A stretch of 35,838 bases of DNA from a virus (Duplodnaviria > Caudoviricetes). This document shows positions 9,167 through 16,609 of this stretch, in pieces. Positions within the stretch are counted from its first letter, which is position 1, and each line of letters opens with the position of its first letter. The DNA lies in IMG/VR virus record IMGVR_UViG_3300037510_000211, positions 1-35,838 of that record, one strand, 5' to 3'. The notes beneath the pieces are model-generated. The model saw only the letters and a program-made list of their open reading frames with translations, was not told the origin of the DNA and did not search any database. The position numbers and the translations under genes are program-made.

Positions 9167-9213
9167 CTCTTCCTCCCAAAGGGTGAGGACCGGGCCATCA
9201 GGCCCGGCCCGGT

Positions 9214-9318
9214 TCACTCAGCGAACAGCTTCGCGGTTTCGTACACGGTGTAGAGCAGGATCACGAAGGCCCAGAAGAGCCCCCAGCCGGTGACGTTCCG
9301 ACCCAGCCACTCCTTCAC
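9214..9318 (-). CDS. Small membrane protein (34 aa)
   Basis: GTGA overlap with the upstream stop; WGLFWAFVILLY TM segment. Confidence 0.55.
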   Translation of the reverse strand: MKEWLGRNVTGWGLFWAFVILLYTVYETAKLFAE

Positions 9319-9629
9319 GCGCCGACCCCGAGCAGCCGGTCGAGGAAGGTGCGACCGTCGCGCTTGGTCGCGAAGGGCACGACCTCTTCGTCCCGCTCGG
9401 CGACCTGCATCGCCAGCGCGATGCCCTCGGGGGTGGAGGAGACCACGCGGACCGAGTACGACTCGGTGTCGGTGCGGTAGTCGCGGTCCTTGTCGAGGGT
9501 CAAGACCTTCCACTCGTCGGCCATGTCCGCCTGGGTGAGCAGGTCGCCCAGCTCGGAGGTGGTCAGGCCCTTGATGTTGAGCTGGTAGGTGCGGGGCGGG
9601 AGCTGGACGGTGGTCTCTTCGGCACCCAT
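9315..9629 (-). CDS. Hypothetical protein (~104 aa)
   Basis: AAGGAGG RBS, MGAEETTVQLPPRTYQLNIKG..., GC3 codon bias. Confidence 0.75.
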   Translation of the reverse strand: MGAEETTVQLPPRTYQLNIKGLTTSELGDLLTQADMADEWKVLTLDKDRDYRTDTESYSVRVVSSTPEGIALAMQVAERDEEVVPFATKRDGRTFLDRLLGVGA

Positions 9630-9677
9630 CACGGGCACCTCCTTGTCGTTCGTCGGTACTGCGGTGTTCGTTCCGCG

Positions 9678-9750
9678 TGCCCCGTGCCGGACTTGAACCG
9701 GCTCGCTCCGTCGCCGGAGCTTTGGCCATGCGGGTGCGTCCACCCGGGGC
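9678..9750 (-). ncRNA. tRNA-like element without a canonical anticodon arm
   Basis: Acceptor stem GCCCCG/CGGGGC plus discriminator A; perfect T arm GCCGG-TTCAAGT-CCGGC; D-like loop ATGGCCAAA; GCGA tetraloop hairpin in place of the anticodon arm. Confidence 0.7.
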
Positions 9751-9799
9751 GAGAGTGCGGGGCCGGAGATCGCATCGCGACCCCGCACAGGTCGATGGA

Positions 9800-10192
9800 T
9801 CAGTTGAACGGGGAAGCGGCGGTCAGCGACTCCCAGTACGCCAGGCCCACCTTCACCTGGTCGGTGGTCGGCGCGACGATGACCCACGGGGCGCTCTTGC
9901 CCTGCTTCTTCTCGCCCTTGCCCAGCGTGCCGAGGACCGGCATCGGCTTGCCGATCGAGCCCTTCAGCGAGCCGATCAGGACCTTCTGGAAGATGCGGGT
10001 GTTGGTGTAGACCTCGTGCTTGTCGCCGGTCTCGTCGAGGATCACCACATCGGCCACGAGGGCGTCGGTCTCGCCGTGGACGGTCGGGACGTTGTGCTCG
10101 ACCTCCTTGGGGGTGATCATGAACAGCTTGCCGAGGTTGTCGTCGGTGATGACCTTCTCGCCACTGGCCGGAGCGCTGAACGGGTTCGACAT
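9800..10192 (-). CDS. Putative single-stranded DNA-binding protein
   Basis: 130 aa, beta-rich (T.HGETDA.VADVV.LD, IFQKVL, LGTLGKG..K.GKSAPW), C-terminal PF, downstream of the nuclease. Confidence 0.65.
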   Translation of the reverse strand: MSNPFSAPASGEKVITDDNLGKLFMITPKEVEHNVPTVHGETDALVADVVILDETGDKHEVYTNTRIFQKVLIGSLKGSIGKPMPVLGTLGKGEKKQGKSAPWVIVAPTTDQVKVGLAYWESLTAASPFN

Positions 10193-10260
10193 GATGCGGT
10201 CTCCTTGACCTTGAACTTGGCGGGTGGCCCCGGTGGGGCCTCCCTCGTGCTTGTGACTCT

Positions 10261-10293
10261 ACTCTAGCATCCCGGCCCAACCGGGCGCAACTT
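10261..10293 (-). promoter_or_regulatory. SigA/HrdB-type promoter with operator-like repeat
   Basis: TTGCGC-18 nt-TAGAGT; 21-mer matches 13678-13698 at 18 of 21 positions. Confidence 0.7.
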
Positions 10294-11384
10294 TACGCAG
10301 TGGCGAACTTGGAGAGCTGCGCCTTGCCCAGCTCGGTCAGCGCGTCCGTCCACTCGCCCGCCAAGGTGCCCTCGCGCCACAGGGTGTTCAGCTCGGTCTT
10401 CGAGGTGCACGCGAGCACCTTCTCTTCCCAGGTGGCCGCCCGGACGCCGACCGCCCGAGCCGCTGCGATCTGGGGGTCCTCGTCGACCAGGCCGACCGCG
10501 ACGACGGTCGAGAGCCCGCGCACCTTGCGCCACTCGCGCACCTTGGCGCACAGCTCGGAGGCCGCCCGGCCCTGCGTGATGTCGACCGCGATCAGCTCGG
10601 CCTTCGCCTCCCCGACCGGGAGGTGGATCACGAGGGCGACCTCCTGGGAGACAGGCGGCATCGGCTCGTACTCGCCGGTCTCGCCGTTCCACATCGCGTC
10701 AGCCTCGGCATACAGCCCGAGCTGGATCGCGATCTCGTTCATGCCGTAGGACAGGTCCCGGCCGGTCTTGAGGTCCACGACGACGTACGAACCGGCGGGC
10801 AGGGTCACCGGGTTGCGCCACCCGGGCAGCTTCACCGTGATGGCCTTCTTGAGCCGGGCGATCCGGTCGAAGGTCCCGGCCACACCGTGCCGGTCGACGA
10901 CCACGATCCGCTCGATCAGGTGGGGGAAGAACTCCAGCCCGGCCGCCTCCACGAGCGCCTGGTAGGCGGCTACGTCCTTGTCCCACGGGGAGGGAACCAC
11001 CACGTCATCGCCACGGTCCACCTGCTCGGTGAACGAGTGCAGCGCGGTGCCGAGCGACGCGGCGGACTTGGCCCCGGCCGCCTCCTTGGCCTGCTCGGCG
11101 ATCGTGTTCAGCTTGTCCCGGTCGTCCAGCGGCGTGGCCGCCGTGAGGGCGTAGAGGTCAGGTCGCATCGCCAGTCCCTTGATCGCCATGCGCGCGCCCC
11201 ACTGGCTCAGGACGAAGGTGTCGGAGATCGACTTGGCGAACGTGGTCGCCCGGGTGTGCCCGATATCCTTGCCCTCCCCGGCCCCGACACGCGTGAACTT
11301 CGGCAGGAGGTAGCGGCCCCAGCGGTCGCGCTTCGGCTCGCCCGGGTCGACGGTGGGCTCGGTGGAGTTGAACGGGTTGGTCAC
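10293..11384 (-). CDS. PD-(D/E)XK exonuclease (RecB/Cas4-like)
   Basis: RDRWGRY, GTALH, IERIVV, AGTFDRI, VVDLKTG, QLGLYA; AAGGAG RBS before GTG 11384. Confidence 0.85.
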   Translation of the reverse strand: MTNPFNSTEPTVDPGEPKRDRWGRYLLPKFTRVGAGEGKDIGHTRATTFAKSISDTFVLSQWGARMAIKGLAMRPDLYALTAATPLDDRDKLNTIAEQAKEAAGAKSAASLGTALHSFTEQVDRGDDVVVPSPWDKDVAAYQALVEAAGLEFFPHLIERIVVVDRHGVAGTFDRIARLKKAITVKLPGWRNPVTLPAGSYVVVDLKTGRDLSYGMNEIAIQLGLYAEADAMWNGETGEYEPMPPVSQEVALVIHLPVGEAKAELIAVDITQGRAASELCAKVREWRKVRGLSTVVAVGLVDEDPQIAAARAVGVRAATWEEKVLACTSKTELNTLWREGTLAGEWTDALTELGKAQLSKFATA

Positions 11385-11416
11385 GACGATGCTCCTTGAC
11401 GTTGGGTAGTCAGCTC

Positions 11417-11433
11417 TTGAGAACATCGTACAC
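11417..11433 (-). promoter_or_regulatory. Junction motif copy 2 (GTGTACGATGTTCTCAA)
   Basis: Variant of the 17-mer, intergenic, oriented toward the nuclease gene. Confidence 0.6.
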
Positions 11434-11468
11434 GACAAAGACCCCCGGCGCGATGCCGAGGGCCTGTC
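11434..11468 (-). terminator. Putative intrinsic terminator
   Basis: GGCCCTCGGC-loop-GCCGGGGGTC followed by TTTGT, just after the stop at 11480. Confidence 0.55.
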
Positions 11469-11479
11469 GGGGAGCGGTC

Positions 11480-11866
11480 TCAGATGCCCAGGGTGTCCGG
11501 GTCGTGGCTCTCGCGCCACTCGGCCAGCCGGACCACGGTCGCGCGCATCTCCTCCAGAGTCCGCACCTGCTTGGTCAGCGTCTCCACGTCATGCTCCAGC
11601 GCCTTGATCCGGTTCTCCCGGTCGGCCTCGCGGTTGAGGTCCATCGGGCCGTTCACCTCCCTGACGGTCACGTCGATCTCGAAGAGCTGGCCCGGCCCGT
11701 ACTTCATGTCGGACGGGTTCACCCGGTAGACGCCCTCCTGGACCTCCGAGACGTACCACTGGACGCCGGAGTCGTCGGGGTCGGTGTACCCGGTGGCCCA
11801 CCCCTGGATCGCGCCGAGTGCCACGTCGCGCACGTACCCCGCGCTGACCTTGATCTCGTCGTTCAT
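11480..11866 (-). CDS. Hypothetical protein with C-terminal coiled coil
   Basis: 128 aa, GGAGG RBS, ATGA overlap. Confidence 0.75.
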   Translation of the reverse strand: MNDEIKVSAGYVRDVALGAIQGWATGYTDPDDSGVQWYVSEVQEGVYRVNPSDMKYGPGQLFEIDVTVREVNGPMDLNREADRENRIKALEHDVETLTKQVRTLEEMRATVVRLAEWRESHDPDTLGI

Positions 11867-11994
11867 GCCCAGTGCCTCCCCACGTAGTTGGTCTTGCGGT
11901 GCTGCCCCGCCCGGAAGGGGCGGAAGGCGTGGTGCATCACGGCCAGGACCAGGACCGCGTAGGCGGCCCCGGCCCAGATCAGCTCGGTGATCAC
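11863..11994 (-). CDS. Small membrane protein (43 aa)
   Basis: GTGA overlap with the helicase stop; MITELIWAGAAYAVLVLAVM TM followed by a basic tail. Confidence 0.55.
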   Translation of the reverse strand: MITELIWAGAAYAVLVLAVMHHAFRPFRAGQHRKTNYVGRHWA

Positions 11995-13628
11995 CGGGGG
12001 TCCAGCAGCCGGGAGGCGTAGTGGATCGACAGCAGGTCGGACGCCTCGGCCTTGGTCATCGTGTCGTCGAACGTGATGCGGCACTTCGCGAGCTGGCCCT
12101 TCTGGGCGTCGGACGGCTTGGCCGAGCGGGTGCGCCAGCTCGCCGAGCGCGAGGAGACCGAGGGGTCGAGGTCGGCGGCCTCCTGCTCGGCCCAGGCCAT
12201 CGCCATCTCCAGGGTGAAGGAGCCCTCCACCAGCCAGGAGCCGCCCTTCATCGTGTAGTTGTCCTTGGTCCGGCCGACCTTGAAGGTCCCGTCCTCCTGC
12301 TCCCACAGGAAGACCGTCGCCACGCGGGTGGGGATGAACCACCGGCCGCCCTTGCTCTGGAGCCAGGCGCTCTTGCTGCGCTTGAACAGGTCCACGTCGC
12401 CGGTCTTGCTGGCGCGGTGCTGCTTGCCCGCCTTGATGGACTCGGCCTCGGCGTCCTGGCGCTCCTTGGCCTCGGCCAGCGACTCGTCCGGCTTCGGCTT
12501 CACCTTCGACTCGGACAGGTCGGCCAGGGAGGCGAGCGCGTGCCGCTCGCTCACGCCCACCACATCGATGACCAGCGCCTCGGTCTTGCCGGTCCACGGG
12601 GCGGGCCGCAGCACGCGGCCGACCATCTGGATGTAGAGCCCGGCGCGGGCGGTCAGCCGGGCGATGACCGCGACCTCCATCTCCGGCATGTCGAAGCCCT
12701 CGGTCAGCACCATGCACGAGGCGATGACCTTGGTCTCCCCGGCGCGCGCCCGCTTGTAGATCAGCTCCCGGTCCTCGATCGGGGTCGTGCCGGTGACGAC
12801 TTCGGTCGGGATGCCCTGCGAGCAGAACTCGGCCGCGAAGGACTCGGCACTGGCGACAGTCGGGGCGAACAGGATTCCGGGGCGCAGCGTGCCGTCCGGC
12901 CGGGTCGCGTACTCGTGGTACGCCTCGGCCGTGGACTTGGGCGCGCCCGCCTCCTCCAGCGCCTCCCCGAGCGAGCCTTCCTGGTAGTCGCCAGCCGAGT
13001 AGCCGACCTCGGAAAGGTCCATCGTGGGCAGCTTGACGGTCTTGCCCCGCACGTCGACCAGGAAGCCGTGCAGGATGCCGTACATGATGTCCTTGCGGTA
13101 CACGACCTTGTCCCACACGGCCGAGAGGTTCTTCTCGTCCCCGCGCTGCATGGTCGCGGTGAAGCCGCAGGCCACCGCCCCCGAGCTAGGCTCGAAGCAC
13201 CCGAAGTGCTTCAAGATCCGGAGGTAGCTGTCGGCGCTGGCGTGGTGGCACTCGTCGATGATCACCAGATCGGCGATGCCGGAGGGCGTGCGGTCCAGCC
13301 GGGCCTGGCGGCCGAGCGTCTGAACGGAGGCGACGATTACGTCCACGTTGACCATCTCGTGCCGCTCGGCCTTGATGACGCCGACCCGGACGCCGGGGGC
13401 GGCCTCCTCGATCTTCTTGACCGTCTGCTTGGCCAGCTCGTCGCGGTGCACGAGCACGATCGGGCGGCGGCCCTCCCCGATGGTGCGCCGGATCAGCTCG
13501 GCGAAGATGACCGTCTTGCCCATCCCGGTGGGCAGCACCACCGAGGGACGCTTGACGCCGGACGCCCAGGCCAGCGTGAGCTGGTCGATCGCCTCGGTCT
13601 GGTACTTGCGCAGCTTGAGCGTCTTCAC
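11991..13628 (-). CDS. Superfamily 2 DEAD/DEAH-like helicase
   Basis: LRKYQ, LPTGMGKT, DECHH, TAT, LTEGFDMP, QMVGRVLR; GAAAGGG RBS before GTG 13628. Confidence 0.93.
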   Translation of the reverse strand: MKTLKLRKYQTEAIDQLTLAWASGVKRPSVVLPTGMGKTVIFAELIRRTIGEGRRPIVLVHRDELAKQTVKKIEEAAPGVRVGVIKAERHEMVNVDVIVASVQTLGRQARLDRTPSGIADLVIIDECHHASADSYLRILKHFGCFEPSSGAVACGFTATMQRGDEKNLSAVWDKVVYRKDIMYGILHGFLVDVRGKTVKLPTMDLSEVGYSAGDYQEGSLGEALEEAGAPKSTAEAYHEYATRPDGTLRPGILFAPTVASAESFAAEFCSQGIPTEVVTGTTPIEDRELIYKRARAGETKVIASCMVLTEGFDMPEMEVAVIARLTARAGLYIQMVGRVLRPAPWTGKTEALVIDVVGVSERHALASLADLSESKVKPKPDESLAEAKERQDAEAESIKAGKQHRASKTGDVDLFKRSKSAWLQSKGGRWFIPTRVATVFLWEQEDGTFKVGRTKDNYTMKGGSWLVEGSFTLEMAMAWAEQEAADLDPSVSSRSASWRTRSAKPSDAQKGQLAKCRITFDDTMTKAEASDLLSIHYASRLLDPR

Positions 13629-13665
13629 GATCGCCCTTTCGTCGTCGGTATCGCTTGCGAGCTTC

Positions 13666-13724
13666 ACGCTACCAGAACGGCCCAACATTGCGCAACTTGG
13701 CTCACGTGGGGTAGGATGATCGCA
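13666..13724. promoter_or_regulatory. Divergent promoter pair sharing the TTGCGCAA palindrome
   Basis: Rightward TTGCGC-18-TAGGAT, 6 nt before ATG 13724 (leaderless); leftward TTGCGC-18-TAGCGT. Confidence 0.75.
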
Positions 13725-13939
13725 TGACGCAGATCTACTTCACGAAGGCGGAGGCCGCGCTGTACCTGCGCGTCTCCCAGAGCACGATTGACCGGTGGGT
13801 CGCAGACGGAAGACTGCGGCGGCACAAGATCGACGGCATCAGGTCGGTGCGGTTCATCCGGTCGGAGCTGGACGAGCTGGTCGTCCCCGACGAAGACACA
13901 GAAGCGGGTGCCAGCCTCGCGACCAACACCCGCTCCTGA
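13724..13939 (+). CDS. HTH_17 (Xis/BldC-like) DNA-binding protein
   Basis: YFTKAEAALYLRVSQSTIDRWVADGRL...VRFIRSELD. Confidence 0.9.
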   Translation: MTQIYFTKAEAALYLRVSQSTIDRWVADGRLRRHKIDGIRSVRFIRSELDELVVPDEDTEAGASLATNTRS

Positions 13940-13967
13940 GCAGTACCGACTAGCTGAAGGATACGCC

Positions 13968-16523
13968 ATGGCCCACATCTCCGCCCCGCACGCCGAGTTC
14001 CTGGCGGGCAAGGCAGTCACCCCGACGATGATGGAGCGCTTCGAGCTGACCACCGTGGAGACGGTGGAGGAGCTGCCCGAAGAGCTGAAGAACTTCCCGG
14101 TCGACCTCGCGCCCGGCCTGCCCGGTCTGGTGTTCTGGTGGACCGAGCCGGACGGCCGCCGCGTGCCGCAGATCAAGCTGATCGAGCAGACCGTCCAGGT
14201 CAACGGCGACTACGTGAAGTACGTCTTCCCGGTCGGCGCGGGCGCCAAGCTCGGCGAGTTCCGCAAGGCGGACGGCGACACCGTGCTGATCACCGAGGGC
14301 ACCAAGCAGTCGCTCGTGGCCGCCGAGTACGCCCCGGAGGGGATGGGCGTCTACGGCATCGCGGGCTGCCGCAACTGGTCCACCGAGGGCGTGCCCACCC
14401 CGCACCTCCAGGTGGTCGACGGCAAGCACGTGCTCGTGCTGCTGGACTCCGACGCGGCCAGCAACCTGGATGTCTACGATGCCGGGCTCGCGCTCGCCGA
14501 GGCGTGCAAGGCCGAGGGGGCGGAGAGTGTGCGCTTCGTCCGGCTGCCGGGCGGCAAGAAGTCCGCGCTCGACGACCTGCTCGGCACCCGGGAGGAGGGT
14601 AGGCGGACCGCCATGCTGAAGCGGCTGCTCGACGGCGCAGGCGCCAAGCCCGCCGACACGAAGCCCAAGGCGAGCAAGAGCAAGGACAAGGTGATGAAGC
14701 CGGACGGCGAGCGCGGGGTGATCGTCGTCAACGATGACCGGTACCTCGTGATCAACGCGCTGACCAACGCCCTGGTCGGCCGGTGGAACCGCACGCGGCT
14801 GTTCAACTACGGCGGGATCATCTGCCAGCGCGACAACCTGACCATGCGGCCGGTCACGAAGGACCAGTTCAACGACGTGATCCAGGAGACCGCGATCACG
14901 GTGCACCGGGCCGAGACCGGGGACTCGACGGTCGACACCTACGCCTACCCCGAGGGCGTCACGGCGGGCGCGGTGCTGTCGCGGGCCGGGTCGTTCGCCC
15001 AGCTCGACAAGCTGAGCCAGATCCCCTTCGTGCGTATCGACGGGACGATCTGCTCGACCAGCGGCTACGACGAGGCCAGCCGGTCCTACCTCGCGCTGGC
15101 CAAGGAGCTGGAGGGCGTCACGGTGCCCGAGCAGCCGACTCCGGGCGAGGTGAAGGCGGCCGTGGAGCTGCTGGTCGACGACCTGCTCCAGGGCTTCCCC
15201 TTCCCGACCGACGCCGACCGCGCGAACGCCATCGCGACCGTGCTCACCCCGTTCATCCGGGACCTGGTGCCGGTCTCGCCGCTGGCGGTCATCGACGGCA
15301 AGGAGGCGGGGAGCGGGAAGAACCTGTTCGCCGACGTGGTGTCGATCATCGTCACCGGCCGCAGCGCGCAGCCCCTCCCGTACTCGACCGACGACGCCGA
15401 GCAGCGCAAGGTGATCACCTCGGCCTTCCGGTCGGGCGCGTCGATGTTCGTCTTCGACGAGGCGCACCGCATCGAGGGCGCGAGCATGGCGCGGGCGCTG
15501 ACCAGCCACACCTACCAGGACCGCGTGCTCGGGGTCTCGAACCTGGCCGAGTTCCCGAACAACGTCACGTGGATGTCGCTCGGCAACAACGTGCAGGTGT
15601 TCGGCGACCTCGCGCGCCGGGTCTACCGGGTGCGCATCGAGTACCAGGGGGAGAGCCCGGAGAACCGGCCCGAGACCGACTTCAAGCACCCGGACCTGCG
15701 GGCCTGGGCGACCGGGCACCGGGCCGAGCTGGTGCGCGCCTGCTTGACGCTGGTGCGGGCCTGGTTCTCGGCCGGGCAGCCCAAGGGCGAAGTGCCCTTC
15801 CGGATGGGCTCCTTCGAGACGTGGCAGTCCACGATCGCGGGCGTGCTGGCCAACGCGGGCGTGACCGGGTTCCTGGCCGGGATGAAGGAGTGGCGCTCGG
15901 AGAGCGACTTCGAGCGCAAGCACTGGGTGGCCCACTTCCAGTGGCTCCACGACACCTTCGGGGAGGGCGAGTTCACCACGGCCCAGGTGACGCGGAAGCT
16001 GCGCGAGGCGCGCGACGACGCGGAGTACCCGCACGAGATGACCGACGCCTCGAAGGAGGGGTTCTCGCGTCAGCTCGGGGTCGCGTACGCCCGGCAGAAC
16101 GGCCGGACGCTGGACGGGTTCACGCTGAGCAAGCTCGACGTTACCGGTCACGGGAAGGTCGGCAAGTGGCGGGTCACCGGCCCGTCGCCGTTCACTTCAG
16201 GCGGAACCGTGCCGAACCCGGACAAGCCCGGCCCCTCCGGGGAGGGAAGCGGAGGAAGCGGAGGAGACCCCACACCTACGTACGTGGGAGAAAACATGTC
16301 TCTAGACGCGGGTAGCGCGCATACACACGTGTTCCCGGGGGGAGGGGGCGGGCGGGTCTCCTCCGCTTCCTCCACCCCCTCCCCGATCGGGAGTCTGCTC
16401 CACCTGGCGGACGGACCGGCGCTCATGCCGTGCCCCGAGTGCGGCACCCCGCAGGAGACCTTCGGCGCGGCGGGCATCCTGCGGGCGTGCCCGACCTGCC
16501 ACCCGGCCACGTTCGGCCGCTGA
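13968..16523 (+). CDS. TOPRIM (DUF3854-like) primase-helicase with C-terminal Zn ribbon
   Basis: ITEGTKQ and LLDSD TOPRIM motifs; GKEAGSGKN Walker A; FVFDE Walker B; CPEC...CPTC; GAAGGA RBS. Confidence 0.85.
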   Translation: MAHISAPHAEFLAGKAVTPTMMERFELTTVETVEELPEELKNFPVDLAPGLPGLVFWWTEPDGRRVPQIKLIEQTVQVNGDYVKYVFPVGAGAKLGEFRKADGDTVLITEGTKQSLVAAEYAPEGMGVYGIAGCRNWSTEGVPTPHLQVVDGKHVLVLLDSDAASNLDVYDAGLALAEACKAEGAESVRFVRLPGGKKSALDDLLGTREEGRRTAMLKRLLDGAGAKPADTKPKASKSKDKVMKPDGERGVIVVNDDRYLVINALTNALVGRWNRTRLFNYGGIICQRDNLTMRPVTKDQFNDVIQETAITVHRAETGDSTVDTYAYPEGVTAGAVLSRAGSFAQLDKLSQIPFVRIDGTICSTSGYDEASRSYLALAKELEGVTVPEQPTPGEVKAAVELLVDDLLQGFPFPTDADRANAIATVLTPFIRDLVPVSPLAVIDGKEAGSGKNLFADVVSIIVTGRSAQPLPYSTDDAEQRKVITSAFRSGASMFVFDEAHRIEGASMARALTSHTYQDRVLGVSNLAEFPNNVTWMSLGNNVQVFGDLARRVYRVRIEYQGESPENRPETDFKHPDLRAWATGHRAELVRACLTLVRAWFSAGQPKGEVPFRMGSFETWQSTIAGVLANAGVTGFLAGMKEWRSESDFERKHWVAHFQWLHDTFGEGEFTTAQVTRKLREARDDAEYPHEMTDASKEGFSRQLGVAYARQNGRTLDGFTLSKLDVTGHGKVGKWRVTGPSPFTSGGTVPNPDKPGPSGEGSGGSGGDPTPTYVGENMSLDAGSAHTHVFPGGGGGRVSSASSTPSPIGSLLHLADGPALMPCPECGTPQETFGAAGILRACPTCHPATFGR
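16251..16373. repeat. 123-bp inverted-repeat element copy A (candidate replication origin)
   Basis: Perfect 20-bp IR GGAGGAAGCGGAGGAGACCC at 16251-16270 and 16354-16373 around a GAGAAAACATGTC core; second copy at 29364-29486. Confidence 0.8.
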
Positions 16524-16569
16524 CACCGGTCGGTGGGCCAGCTCATCCTGGCCCACCCCGGACTATCTC

Positions 16570-16586
16570 GTGTATGATGTTCACAG
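16570..16586 (+). promoter_or_regulatory. Junction motif copy 3 (GTGTATGATGTTCACAG)
   Basis: Intergenic, just upstream of the polymerase RBS; contains -10-like TATGAT. Confidence 0.7.
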
Positions 16587-16609
16587 CAGGACCGACTGAA
16601 AGGCCCACA

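Noticed and set aside
9725-9733. CAT triplet suggesting tRNA-Met
   Set aside because: It is not in a 7-nt loop on a 5-bp stem and has no U33.
10293-11384. Cas4-like gene as a CRISPR system
   Set aside because: No repeat-spacer array or other cas genes; its place beside SSB and helicase fits recombination.
13724-13939. Excisionase implying a temperate lifestyle
   Set aside because: No integrase or att site was found; HTH_17 proteins also act as transcription regulators.
16577-16585. TGTTCAC within the junction motif resembles the P4 type I iteron TGTTCACC
   Set aside because: Copies are single, follow transcription direction and sit before RBSs rather than clustering, so the resemblance is likely coincidental.
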